From Mytilus trossulus (Eukaryota): a stretch of 64,000 nucleotides of DNA. Location: the NCBI RefSeq assembly GCF_036588685.1, contig NC_086378.1, positions 33,604,001 through 33,668,000 of the forward strand. Direction: 5' to 3'. The notes under the pieces are model-generated. The model ran no database searches. It was not told the origin of the DNA and saw only the letters and a program-made list of their open reading frames with translations. This document shows positions 40,272 through 58,507 of this stretch, one piece after another. Position numbers and translations under genes: made by a program. Numbering within the stretch: the first letter of the stretch is position 1; the number at the start of each line of letters is the position of its first letter.

Positions 40272-41080
40272 GTATGACGATGACAATTTCATCAGCCAAT
40301 CCAATAAAAATGTTAATGCGCACACATGTACTTACTATTCTGAAGACTTCTTTTAGCCAGAAAAGTTTATAATAAGTCTGAAAACCACTTTTTATCATAT
40401 AAAAAGCTTATAAGTGCAAGATATATGCTTACATGGACTTCCTACATTGAAATTTTGTGGGGACTACTTGGACCCGTACCGAAATTATATTAATTTAAAT
40501 AGAAATTTCATGATTTTGTTAACTAGCAGCAAGACAAGACTCTAAAGTGGACAAATATATTACTACATACATGATAAAAAAATTCTTTACAATTCTGACT
40601 GAAAAAGAGCCTCTAAATTTTTGATAAAAGTACCCTGTAATATCAGCTTTTCTAAAAGAAATATTCAAATTAATGAATTATACAAGATATTTAAACTCTA
40701 ACTTAAAAAAAAGGTTATATTTTGGCCAGTTGGTGGTTCTCTTTCTTTGGTCTAGACTACTGGTGTAAATAATACATCAAAAGAAGACAAGACAAAACAA
40801 GCGAAGAAAGAAAAGAACAGAAGTACAGATAGAAACATTTATATGTTGATCTTTTTTTATATAATGTACTATTTAATATTCTACACACAAGGACATACAT
40901 GTACCATGATAAACAAACACCCCCCCTTTTTTTTGTGATGAGACTTGTGTGTATATATATATCATAAAATTTATTTTTTGTCTATGTATTGCTTTGCATA
41001 TAGATGGATTCAACAAGAAGAAATAAAAGAGAGAGAGAGAGATGGGGAAAAGAGGGGTTCGGCTATGTTTCTAATTTTCA

Positions 41081-41677
<597 letters not shown>

Positions 41678-42856
41678 TCACCACTTACATAAAGCTGGCG
41701 TTGATTGGTCCGCATATCTTAAATCTGATTGGACTGATTTGTAAGGGACTTTGACAGTTTTCAATCCATTTTTTACTGAAAAACTGCTCAACCCAAGCTG
41801 ACAGTAAAAATGCCCCCTTTTTTCATTCATAATTACAGTTTCTGATCATCCCTCATAGCTCAACAATAGTAAATTAGTGTCACGGTTTCAATATGATAAA
41901 TCTGAAGAAGAAAAATAATAATAATGAAAAAAGGTCAAAATACATGCAGAAACATTAAGGAAAGGAACGAAAAATAAAAACAGGAAAAAATAAAAATAAA
42001 ATGCAGTTATAACACAAACAAAGCGAAATAAAAATAAAAAAACAGAAAACAAATGGAATTACACATTCCCGACATGACATTGTGCGGATCGGCTGAGTTT
42101 CTTTATTGTTGTATTATGTCATATTTATGTATATTTAATATAAAAAAAGAAGATGTGGTATGATTTTCATTTGGGCTGGGCACATTGTCACATTGTCTGA
42201 TTGTCGGTGTGCTTACATCAATTCCACATCTTTAATACACAAACAATAACTAAATAAAGACAGAAAGACAGAGAGAGAGATGCTGAAAAAAATGGAAAAA
42301 GGAAAAGAATGGAAAGTACATATCATATATAAAAGTGTTGACGAAAGAGATAATGTTAACAAAAACTATAAATAATTATAATAATAAAAAAAAACCACAC
42401 ACCTTCTCAGATGAATCTAAGCATGCTCGCATCAATAACCAAGAGAGAGAAAGAAGAGAGCAGACTAGTATTAAATATAAATACTATCAGTGGTTTTTTT
42501 TCCCCCCGACAAACATTATATGATTTAACTGAGCTACTTGTGGGTTCAAAGAGTCAGAAAGTACGACAATAAATGTTCTGATGAAGAAGACTGAAAAAGT
42601 TACTAGACTTAGTGTTATGCTATAAGAACTGTACTTAAATGGGATGCGTTAGAGAGAGAAGAAAAGAAGAATCACGGAAGAAGGACATTTATATTTTAGA
42701 CATTTTTTATTTGTTATGTAGTAGAATATATTTTTTCAATTATGTATGGGGAATAAAGTATTACTAAGATGTACAACAATTTTAGACTCTTTTTGAAAAA
42801 TATTGGTGGCCCTGAAAAGGGCCGTTGTTAAGTGAGTAATCCGATATATCCACTTT

Positions 42857-43235
<379 letters not shown>

Positions 43236-43504
43236 CTATTTGGTTGATCGACACTGAGTAAAGTGATACAATTTTCTTCAAAATTTAGCTTATATACCCA
43301 CTAAACGGATTGAACGATGTTTTTATTATACACCAATCAGAACGAAGCTCTCTGCGAGCAGTTAGGCTACCGAACATTCAACATGTTATGGGTGCTCTCT
43401 CCGAGGTTCGCGTTTAATAAAATCTTTCAATCCGTTTTGCCCAGTATATAAACAAATTGAAAATAATTTTTCACCATTACTTATTTGATTATCAAACCAG
43501 TAAC

Positions 43505-43879
43505 ATGCCACCCAAAGTAGGAACTAAAGGAGCCAAGAAGGCCGTCACCAAGGCAAAGACTGCCAGACCCGGCGGTGATAAGAAAAGGAGGAGGAAGAGA
43601 CGTGAATCCTATGCTATCTACATCTACAAAGTCTTGAGACAAGTTCACCCCGACACCGGAGTGTCCTCAAAGGCAATGTCCATCATGAACAGCTTCGTCA
43701 ACGATATCTTCGAGAGAATCGCAGCAGAGGCTTCCCGATTGGCACACTACAACAAAAGATCTACCATCACATCCCGGGAGATCCAGACCGCTGTCCGTCT
43801 TCTCTTACCCGGAGAATTGGCCAAGCACGCTGTCAGTGAAGGTACCAAAGCCGTCACTAAATACACCAGCAGCAAGTAA
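43505..43879 (+). CDS. H2B: Histone H2B, 124 aa (true ATG at MPPKVGTK)
   Basis: [15 protein letters not shown]...[10 protein letters not shown]; TATA upstream, stem-loop downstream. Confidence 0.99.
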   Translation: MPPKVGTKGAKKAVTKAKTARPGGDKKRRRKRRESYAIYIYKVLRQVHPDTGVSSKAMSIMNSFVNDIFERIAAEASRLAHYNKRSTITSREIQTAVRLLLPGELAKHAVSEGTKAVTKYTSSK

Positions 43880-43907
43880 ACAGTCTGAAGTTTATAACTT
43901 CACAAAC

Positions 43908-43923
43908 GGCCCTTTTCAGGGCC
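43908..43923 (+). promoter_or_regulatory. Histone 3' stem-loop after H2B (present in every unit)
   Basis: GGCCCT-TTTC-AGGGCC followed by ACCAA and purine-rich AAAAAGAA. Confidence 0.97.
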
Positions 43924-44689
43924 ACCAACATTTTTCAAAAAGAATTTACATTTGTTGTACATCAATGTCAAACTTCTAAACAAAGCTATAAATCCCAACC
44001 CCAGCTATAACCACTTTCAAACTATTTCAATAGTATATGGTTACTTTTCTCTTCTTTCTATCTGTATAACAAATATACGTGTATTTCACTCATTCTGTAG
44101 CATTTAATTTGTCTGTCAAAACTACAAAGCGTAAATACATAAATCATGAAGAACAAAACAGTGCTTTCATTCCAATTAATAGAGTTGATAAATTTACGAT
44201 TTCTTTTGCTTTTCGAGAGAAAAAAAATATTGCGAGAATTATTTTACACGGAAACAAGAACATTACCTAATCTTAAACCACGCAAAAAAAACCTCTATAA
44301 TTGAATATAACAGAATCTACAGATTTTGTGTGTAAAAGTCCGTGCATTTTGTTTTGAAATTTTCTCTCTTCATGTAGGCAAATGCACGGACTTGATCTTT
44401 GAACGTATTCATAAACCTTCAGAAATATAAATTCTCAAATAAATACAAGAGTAAGAGTAAGGAAGTTAATTAAAAAGAAAGCCAGATATTTAAAAAAAAA
44501 AAGGGGGGGGGGGGGGGTATAACGAGAGAGAGAAAATAGTTGCGGATCAGGATCAGGGAAAACAAGAAAAACGGTTGAAAAATTCATGAACATTAGAGAA
44601 AAGAATAGAAGTGGGAGCAAGCTTTGATTTCAAGATTTTGTTTAAAACGATGTACAACAAATCTAAGATTCTTTTTGAAAAATGTTGGT

Positions 44690-44705
44690 GGCCCTGAAAA
44701 GGGCC
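44690..44705 (-). promoter_or_regulatory. Histone 3' stem-loop after H4 (every unit)
   Basis: Reverse complement ggccctgaaaagggcc. Confidence 0.97.
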
Positions 44706-44731
44706 GTTGTTGATATTAGCTGGGTGGCTGT

Positions 44732-45049
<318 letters not shown>

Positions 45050-46721
45050 CTATTTGTGGTGATTAGTTAAATAATACTTTCCGTCTAACAGCGACTCTTT
45101 ATATATCACCAACGCGGCCGTAAAAGAAGTATCACACATTTTCAGTTAACTGTTGTCTGATTGGCTTACGTTGTTTTATTCCGGGAGGTAACTCTGTACT
45201 GCCTTAAACTGTGTACACTTTCAATCCACTTTTTCATTCTAGGTCTGAAAAATATAATAATTCATATCAGACAGTAAATTTTTAAGAAAAAACTATTATT
45301 TCAATCGGAATAAAAATGACTGAAGGAGACAAAAAAAGTTCCAAAATGTTGAAAAGTTTTCATTTTAAGATAGAATAGTATGATAAATAAATGATAAATG
45401 AAAATCACTTTAGACAGTCAAAATTATAAAGATAATTATTTGCTTTCTCTGAACAGACATTTTCATTCAATGACAATACACATTTCAACTTAATGGAATG
45501 GAATTTAGTTGGGGAAAAAATAAACCTCACAGACATATCTAGGAATACTGGTTATCTATTTGTCTATTTGATGTATCCAGAAATTGGATACATCACAGGA
45601 TTTTACATGCTTGCAGTTTTCTACCTGTCTTTCATAACTCAACATCATCTGTCAAAGCTGTGCTTGCCATCCATCAACGATCTGCTGCAGGTACTTCAGA
45701 TCATAAATGGGAGAATGTATGAATAAAACTGTTACTGTTATTACTATTAAAGATTTTTTTTTCTAGGTATTACAGTGAAGAAAAGAGATGCCCCTGACTG
45801 CGGGTAAAACTTCTTATGTGTGCATCTTCCTTTCAATTTTATTTTTAAACGCCATTCTATATTTATCCACAGTATGACGATGACAATTTCATCAGCCAAT
45901 CCAATAAAAATGTTAATGCGCACACATGTACTTACTATTCTGAAGACTTCTTTTAGCCAGAAAAGTTTATAATAAGTCTGAAAACCACTTTTTATCATAT
46001 AAAAAAGCTTATAAGTGCAAGATATATGCTTACATGGACTTCCTACATTGAAATTTTGTGGGGACTACTTGGACCCGTACCGAAATTATATTAATTTAAA
46101 TAGAAATTTCATGATTTTGTTAACTAGCAGCAAGACAAGACTCTAAAGTGGACAAAATATATTACTACATACATGATAAAAAAATTCTTTACAATTCTGA
46201 CTGAAAAAGAGCTCTAAATTTTTGATAAAAGTACCCTGTAATATCAGCTTTTCTAAAAGAAATATTCAAATTAATGAATTATACAAGATATTTAAACTCT
46301 AACTTAAAAAAAAAGGTTATATTTTGGCCAGTTGGTGGTTCTCTTTCTTTGGTCTAGACTACTGGTGTAAATAATACATCAAAAGAAGACAAGACAAAAC
46401 AAGCGAAGAAAAGAAAAGAACAGAAGTACAGATAGAAACATTTATATGTTGATCTTTTTTTATATAATGTACTATTTAATATTCTACACACAAGGACATA
46501 CATGTACCATGATAAACAAACACCCCCCTTTTTTTTGTGATGAGACTTGTGTGTATATATATATCATAAAATTTATTTTTTGTCTATGTATTGCTTTGCA
46601 TATAGATGGATTCAACAAGAAGAAATAAAAGAGAGAGAGAGAGATGGGGAAAAGAGGGGTTCGGCTATGTTTCTAATTTTCATGTACAACAATTTATAGA
46701 TTCTTTTTGAAAAATATTGGT

Positions 46722-46737
46722 GGCCCTGAAAAGGGCC
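46722..46737 (-). promoter_or_regulatory. Histone 3' stem-loop after H3 (every unit)
   Basis: Reverse complement ggccctgaaaagggcc. Confidence 0.97.
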
Positions 46738-46766
46738 GTTATGTTTTGGTGAAAAAATCACACTTC

Positions 46767-47375
<609 letters not shown>

Positions 47376-48414
47376 TTTTACTGAAAAACTGCTCAACCCA
47401 AGCTGACAGTAAAAATGCCCCCTTTTTTCATTCATAATTACAGTTTCTGATCATCCCTCATAGCTCAACAATAGTAAATTAGTGTCACGGTTTCAATATG
47501 ATAAATCTGAAGAAGAAAAATAATAATAATGAAAAAAGGTCAAAATACATGCAGAAACATTAAGGAAAGGAACGAAAAATAAAAACAGGAAAAAATAAAA
47601 ATAAAATGCAGTTATAACACAAACAAAGCGAAATAAAAATAAAAAAACAGAAACAAATGGAATTACACATTCCCGACATGACATTGTGCGGATCGGCTGA
47701 GTTTCTTTATTGTTGTATTATGTCATATTTATGTATATTTAATATAAAAAAAGAAGATGTGGTATGATTTTCATTTGGGCTGGGCACATTTGTCACATTG
47801 TCTGATTGTCGGTGTGCTTACATCAATTCCACATCTTTAATACACAAACAATAACTAAATAAAGACAGAAAGACAGAGAGAGAGATGCTGAAAAAAATGG
47901 AAAAAGGAAAAGAATGGAAAGTACATATCATATATAAAAGTGTTGACGAAAGAGATAATGTTAACAAAAACTATAAATAATTATAATAATAAAAAAAAAC
48001 CACACACCTTCTCAGATGAATCTAAGCATGCTCGCATCAATAACCAAGAGAGAGAAAGAAGAGAGCAGACTAGTATTAAATATAAATACTATCAGTGGTT
48101 TTTTTTCCCCCCGACAAACATTATATGATTTAACTGAGCTACTTGTGGGTTCAAAGAGTCAGAAAGTACGACAATAAATGTTCTGATGAAGAAGACTGAA
48201 AAAGTTACTAGACTTAGTGTTATGCTATAAGAACTGTACTTAAATGGGATGCGTTAGAGAGAGAAGAAAAGAAGAATCACGGAAGAAGGGACATTTATAT
48301 TTTAGACATTTTTTATTTGTTATGTAGTAGAATATATTTTTTTCAATTATGTATGGGGAATAAAGTATTACTAAGATGTACAACAATTTTAGACTCTTTT
48401 TGAAAAATATTGGT

Positions 48415-48430
48415 GGCCCTGAAAAGGGCC
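48415..48430 (-). promoter_or_regulatory. Histone 3' stem-loop after H2A (every unit)
   Basis: Reverse complement ggccctgaaaagggcc. Confidence 0.97.
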
Positions 48431-48463
48431 GTTGTTAAGTGAGTAATCCGATATATCCACTTT

Positions 48464-49117
<654 letters not shown>

Positions 49118-49492
49118 ATGCCACCCAAAGTAGGAACTAAAGGAGCCAAGAAGGCCGTCACCAAGGCAAAGACTGCCAGACCCGGCGGTGATAAGAAAAG
49201 GAGGAGGAAGAGACGTGAATCCTATGCTATCTACATCTACAAAGTCTTGAGACAAGTTCACCCCGACACCGGAGTGTCCTCAAAGGCAATGTCCATCATG
49301 AACAGCTTCGTCAACGATATCTTCGAGAGAATCGCAGCAGAGGCTTCCCGATTGGCACACTACAACAAAAGATCTACCATCACATCCCGGGAGATCCAGA
49401 CCGCTGTCCGTCTTCTCTTACCCGGAGAATTGGCCAAGCACGCTGTCAGTGAAGGTACCAAAGCCGTCACTAAATACACCAGCAGCAAGTAA
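49118..49492 (+). CDS. H2B: Histone H2B
   Basis: Identical to 43505-43879. Confidence 0.99.
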   Translation: MPPKVGTKGAKKAVTKAKTARPGGDKKRRRKRRESYAIYIYKVLRQVHPDTGVSSKAMSIMNSFVNDIFERIAAEASRLAHYNKRSTITSREIQTAVRLLLPGELAKHAVSEGTKAVTKYTSSK

Positions 49493-50344
49493 ACAGTCTG
49501 AAGTTTATAACTTCACAAACGGCCCTTTTCAGGGCCACCAACATTTTTCAAAAAGAATTTACATTTGTTGTACATCAATGTCAAACTTCTAAACAAAGCT
49601 ATAAATCCCAACCCCAGCTATAACCACTTTCAAACTATTTCAATAGTATATGGTTACTTTTCTCTTCTTTCTATCTGTATAACAAATATACGTGTATTTC
49701 ACTCATTCTGTAGCATTTAATTTGTCTGTCAAAACTACAAAGCGTAAATACATAAATCATGAAGAACAAAACAGTGCTTTCATTCCAATTAATAGAGTTG
49801 ATAAATTTACGATTTCTTTTGCTTTTCGAGAGAAAAAAAATATTGCGAGAATTATTTTACACGGAAACAAGAACATTACCTAATCTTAAACCACGCAAAA
49901 AAAACCTCTATAATTGAATATAACAGAATCTACAGATTTTGTGTGTAAAAGTCCGTGCATTTTGTTTTGAAATTTTCTCTCTTCATGTAGGCAAATGCAC
50001 GGACTTGATCTTTGAACGTATTCATAAACCTTCAGAAATATAAATTCTCAAATAAATACAAGAGTAAGAGTAAGGAAGTTAATTAAAAAGAAAGCCAGAT
50101 ATTTAAAAAAAAAAAGGGGGGGGGGGGGGGTATAACGAGAGAGAGAAAATAGTTGCGGATCAGGATCAGGGAAAACAAGAAAAACGGTTGAAAAATTCAT
50201 GAACATTAGAGAAAAGAATAGAAGTGGGAGCAAGCTTTGATTTCAAGATTTTGTTTAAAACGATGTACAACAAATCTAAGATTCTTTTTGAAAAATGTTG
50301 GTGGCCCTGAAAAGGGCCGTTGTTGATATTAGCTGGGTGGCTGT

Positions 50345-50662
<318 letters not shown>

Positions 50663-52379
50663 CTATTTGTGGTGATTAGTTAAATAATACTTTCCGTCTA
50701 ACAGCGACTCTTTATATATCACCAACGCGGCCGTAAAAGAAGTATCACACATTTTCAGTTAACTGTTGTCTGATTGGCTTACGTTGTTTTATTCCGGGAG
50801 GTAACTCTGTACTGCCTTAAACTGTGTACACTTTCAATCCACTTTTTCATTCTAGGTCTGAAAAATATAATAATTCATATCAGACAGTAAATTTTTAAGA
50901 AAAAACTATTATTTCAATCGGAATAAAAATGACTGAAGGAGACAAAAAAAGTTCCAAAATGTTGAAAAGTTTTCATTTTAAGATAGAATAGTATGATAAA
51001 TAAATGATAAATGAAAATCACTTTAGACAGTCAAAATTATAAAGATAATTATTTGCTTTCTCTGAACAGACATTTTCATTCAATGACAATACACATTTCA
51101 ACTTAATGGAATGGAATTTAGTTGGGGAAAAAATAAACCTCACAGACATATCTAGGAATACTGGTTATCTATTTGTCTATTTGATGTATCCAGAAATTGG
51201 ATACATCACAGGATTTTACATGCTTGCAGTTTTCTACCTGTCTTTCATAACTCAACATCATCTGTCAAAGCTGTGCTTGCCATCCATCAACGATCTGCTG
51301 CAGGTACTTCAGATCATAAATGGGAGAATGTATGAATAAAACTGTTACTGTTATTACTATTAAAGATTTTTTTTTCTAGGTATTACAGTGAAGAAAAGAG
51401 ATGCCCCTGACTGCGGGTAAAACTTCTTATGTGTGCATCTTCCTTTCAATTTTATTTTTAAACGCCATTCTATATTTATCCACAGTATGACGATGACAAT
51501 TTCATCAGCCAATCCAATAAAAATGTTAATGCGCACACATGTACTTACTATTCTGAAGACTTCTTTTAGCCAGAAAAGTTTATAATAAGTCTGAAAACCA
51601 CTTTTTATCATATAAAAAAGCTTATAAGTGCAAGATATATGCTTACATGGACTTCCTACATTGAAATTTTGTGGGGACTACTTGGACCCGTACCGAAATT
51701 ATATTAATTTAAATAGAAATTTCATGATTTTGTTAACTAGCAGCAAGACAAGACTCTAAAGTGGACAAAATATATTACTACATACATGATAAAAAAATTC
51801 TTTACAATTCTGACTGAAAAAGAGCTCTAAATTTTTGATAAAAGTACCCTGTAATATCAGCTTTTCTAAAAGAAATATTCAAATTAATGAATTATACAAG
51901 ATATTTAAACTCTAACTTAAAAAAAAAGGTTATATTTTGGCCAGTTGGTGGTTCTCTTTCTTTGGTCTAGACTACTGGTGTAAATAATACATCAAAAGAA
52001 GACAAGACAAAACAAGCGAAGAAAAGAAAAGAACAGAAGTACAGATAGAAACATTTATATGTTGATCTTTTTTTATATAATGTACTATTTAATATTCTAC
52101 ACACAAGGACATACATGTACCATGATAAACAAACACCCCCCTTTTTTTTGTGATGAGACTTGTGTGTATATATATATCATAAAATTTATTTTTTGTCTAT
52201 GTATTGCTTTGCATATAGATGGATTCAACAAGAAGAAATAAAAGAGAGAGAGAGAGATGGGGAAAAGAGGGGTTCGGCTATGTTTCTAATTTTCATGTAC
52301 AACAATTTATAGATTCTTTTTGAAAAATATTGGTGGCCCTGAAAAGGGCCGTTATGTTTTGGTGAAAAAATCACACTTC

Positions 52380-52895
<516 letters not shown>

Positions 52896-54074
52896 TCACC
52901 ACTTACATAAAGCTGGCGTTGATTGGTCCGCATATCTTAAATCTGATTGGACTGATTTGTAAGGGACTTTGACAGTTTTCAATCCATTTTTTACTGAAAA
53001 ACTGCTCAACCCAAGCTGACAGTAAAAATGCCCCCTTTTTTCATTCATAATTACAGTTTCTGATCATCCCTCATAGCTCAACAATAGTAAATTAGTGTCA
53101 CGGTTTCAATATGATAAATCTGAAGAAAAAATAATAATAATGAAAAAAGGTCAAAATACATGCAGAAACATTAAGGAAAGGAACGAAAAATAAAAACAGG
53201 AAAAAATAAAAATAAAATGCAGTTATAACACAAACAAAGCGAAATAAAAATAAAAAAACAGAAACAAATGGAATTACACATTCCCGACATGACATTGTGC
53301 GGATCGGCTGAGTTTCTTTATTGTTGTATTATGTCATATTTATGTATATTTAATATAAAAAAAGAAGATGTGGTATGATTTTCATTTGGGCTGGGCACAT
53401 TTGTCACATTGTCTGATTGTCGGTGTGCTTACATCAATTCCACATCTTTAATACACAAACAATAACTAAATAAAGACAGAAAGACAGAGAGAGAGATGCT
53501 GAAAAAAATGGAAAAAGGAAAAGAATGGAAAGTACATATCATATATAAAAGTGTTGACGAAAGAGATAATGTTAACAAAAACTATAAATAATTATAATAA
53601 TAAAAAAAAACCACACACCTTCTCAGATGAATCTAAGCATGCTCGCATCAATAACCAAGAGAGAGAAAGAAGAGAGCAGACTAGTATTAAATATAAATAC
53701 TATCAGTGGTTTTTTTTCCCCCCGACAAACATTATATGATTTAACTGAGCTACTTGTGGGTTCAAAGAGTCAGAAAGTACGACAATAAATGTTCTGATGA
53801 AGAAGACTGAAAAAGTTACTAGACTTAGTGTTATGCTATAAGAACTGTACTTAAATGGGATGCGTTAGAGAGAGAAGAAAAGAAGAATCACGGAAGAAGG
53901 GACATTTATATTTTAGACATTTTTTATTTGTTATGTAGTAGAATATATTTTTTTCAATTATGTATGGGGAATAAAGTATTACTAAGATGTACAACAATTT
54001 TAGACTCTTTTTGAAAAATATTGGTGGCCCTGAAAAGGGCCGTTGTTAAGTGAGTAATCCGATATATCCACTTT

Positions 54075-54458
<384 letters not shown>

Positions 54459-54728
54459 CTATTTGGTTGATCGACACTGAGTAAAGTGATACAATTTTTC
54501 TTCAAAATTTAGCTTATATACCCACTAAACGGATTGAACGATGTTTTTATTATACACCAATCAGAACGAAGCTCTCTGCGAGCAGTTAGGCTACCGAACA
54601 TTCAACATGTTATGGGTGCTCTCTCCGAGGTTCGCGTTTAATAAAATCTTTCAATCCGTTTTGCCCAGTATATAAACAAATTGAAAATAATTTTTCACCA
54701 TTACTTATTTGATTATCAAACCAGTAAC

Positions 54729-55103
54729 ATGCCACCCAAAGTAGGAACTAAAGGAGCCAAGAAGGCCGTCACCAAGGCAAAGACTGCCAGACCCGGCGGT
54801 GATAAGAAAAGGAGGAGGAAGAGACGTGAATCCTATGCTATCTACATCTACAAAGTCTTGAGACAAGTTCACCCCGACACCGGAGTGTCCTCAAAGGCAA
54901 TGTCCATCATGAACAGCTTCGTCAACGATATCTTCGAGAGAATCGCAGCAGAGGCTTCCCGATTGGCACACTACAACAAAAGATCTACCATCACATCCCG
55001 GGAGATCCAGACCGCTGTCCGTCTTCTCTTACCCGGAGAATTGGCCAAGCACGCTGTCAGTGAAGGTACCAAAGCCGTCACTAAATACACCAGCAGCAAG
55101 TAA
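54729..55103 (+). CDS. H2B: Histone H2B
   Basis: Canonical ORF. Confidence 0.99.
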   Translation: MPPKVGTKGAKKAVTKAKTARPGGDKKRRRKRRESYAIYIYKVLRQVHPDTGVSSKAMSIMNSFVNDIFERIAAEASRLAHYNKRSTITSREIQTAVRLLLPGELAKHAVSEGTKAVTKYTSSK

Positions 55104-55956
55104 ACAGTCTGAAGTTTATAACTTCACAAACGGCCCTTTTCAGGGCCACCAACATTTTTCAAAAAGAATTTACATTTGTTGTACATCAATGTCAAACTTC
55201 TAAACAAAGCTATAAATCCCAACCCCAGCTATAACCACTTTCAAACTATTTCAATAGTATATGGTTACTTTTCTCTTCTTTCTATCTGTATAACAAATAT
55301 ACGTGTATTTCACTCATTCTGTAGCATTTAATTTGTCTGTCAAAACTACAAAGCGTAAATACATAAATCATGAAGAACAAAACAGTGCTTTCATTCCAAT
55401 TAATAGAGTTGATAAATTTACGATTTCTTTTGCTTTTCGAGAGAAAAAAAATATTGCGAGAATTATTTTACACGGAAACAAGAACATTACCTAATCTTAA
55501 ACCACGCAAAAAAAACCTCTATAATTGAATATAACAGAATCTACAGATTTTGTGTGTAAAAGTCCGTGCATTTTGTTTTGAAATTTTCTCTCTTCATGTA
55601 GGCAAATGCACGGACTTGATCTTTGAACGTATTCATAAACCTTCAGAAATATAAATTCTCAAATAAATACAAGAGTAAGAGTAAGGAAGTTAATTAAAAA
55701 GAAAGCCAGATATTTAAAAAAAAAAAGGGGGGGGGGGGGGGGTATAACGAGAGAGAGAAAATAGTTGCGGATCAGGATCAGGGAAAACAAGAAAAACGGT
55801 TGAAAAATTCATGAACATTAGAGAAAAGAATAGAAGTGGGAGCAAGCTTTGATTTCAAGATTTTGTTTAAAACGATGTACAACAAATCTAAGATTCTTTT
55901 TGAAAAATGTTGGTGGCCCTGAAAAGGGCCGTTGTTGATATTAGCTGGGTGGCTGT

Positions 55957-56274
<318 letters not shown>

Positions 56275-57991
56275 CTATTTGTGGTGATTAGTTAAATAAT
56301 ACTTTCCGTCTAACAGCGACTCTTTATATATCACCAACGCGGCCGTAAAAGAAGTATCACACATTTTCAGTTAACTGTTGTCTGATTGGCTTACGTTGTT
56401 TTATTCCGGGAGGTAACTCTGTACTGCCTTAAACTGTGTACACTTTCAATCCACTTTTTCATTCTAGGTCTGAAAAATATAATAATTCATATCAGACAGT
56501 AAATTTTTAAGAAAAAACTATTATTTCAATCGGAATAAAAATGACTGAAGGAGACAAAAAAAGTTCCAAAATGTTGAAAAGTTTTCATTTTAAGATAGAA
56601 TAGTATGATAAATAAATGATAAATGAAAATCACTTTAGACAGTCAAAATTATAAAGATAATTATTTGCTTTCTCTGAACAGACATTTTCATTCAATGACA
56701 ATACACATTTCAACTTAATGGAATGGAATTTAGTTGGGGAAAAAATAAACCTCACAGACATATCTAGGAATACTGGTTATCTATTTGTCTATTTGATGTA
56801 TCCAGAAATTGGATACATCACAGGATTTTACATGCTTGCAGTTTTCTACCTGTCTTTCATAACTCAACATCATCTGTCAAAGCTGTGCTTGCCATCCATC
56901 AACGATCTGCTGCAGGTACTTCAGATCATAAATGGGAGAATGTATGAATAAAACTGTTACTGTTATTACTATTAAAGATTTTTTTTTCTAGGTATTACAG
57001 TGAAGAAAAGAGATGCCCCTGACTGCGGGTAAAACTTCTTATGTGTGCATCTTCCTTTCAATTTTATTTTTAAACGCCATTCTATATTTATCCACAGTAT
57101 GACGATGACAATTTCATCAGCCAATCCAATAAAAATGTTAATGCGCACACATGTACTTACTATTCTGAAGACTTCTTTTAGCCAGAAAAGTTTATAATAA
57201 GTCTGAAAACCACTTTTTATCATATAAAAAAGCTTATAAGTGCAAGATATATGCTTACATGGACTTCCTACATTGAAATTTTGTGGGGACTACTTGGACC
57301 CGTACCGAAATTATATTAATTTAAATAGAAATTTCATGATTTTGTTAACTAGCAGCAAGACAAGACTCTAAAGTGGACAAAATATATTACTACATACATG
57401 ATAAAAAAATTCTTTACAATTCTGACTGAAAAAGAGCTCTAAATTTTTGATAAAAGTACCCTGTAATATCAGCTTTTCTAAAAGAAATATTCAAATTAAT
57501 GAATTATACAAGATATTTAAACTCTAACTTAAAAAAAAAGGTTATATTTTGGCCAGTTGGTGGTTCTCTTTCTTTGGTCTAGACTACTGGTGTAAATAAT
57601 ACATCAAAAGAAGACAAGACAAAACAAGCGAAGAAAAGAAAAGAACAGAAGTACAGATAGAAACATTTATATGTTGATCTTTTTTTATATAATGTACTAT
57701 TTAATATTCTACACACAAGGACATACATGTACCATGATAAACAAACACCCCCCTTTTTTTTGTGATGAGACTTGTGTGTATATATATATCATAAAATTTA
57801 TTTTTTGTCTATGTATTGCTTTGCATATAGATGGATTCAACAAGAAGAAATAAAAGAGAGAGAGAGAGATGGGGAAAAGAGGGGTTCGGCTATGTTTCTA
57901 ATTTTCATGTACAACAATTTATAGATTCTTTTTGAAAAATATTGGTGGCCCTGAAAAGGGCCGTTATGTTTTGGTGAAAAAATCACACTTC

Positions 57992-58507
<516 letters not shown>

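Noticed and set aside
39925-40398. 157-aa ORF (and 17804-18013)
   Set aside because: Artefacts spanning N gaps.
43457-43504. 16-aa N-terminal extension of H2B
   Set aside because: Starts at TTG only a few bases after the TATA box, upstream of the likely TSS. The real start is ATG 43505.
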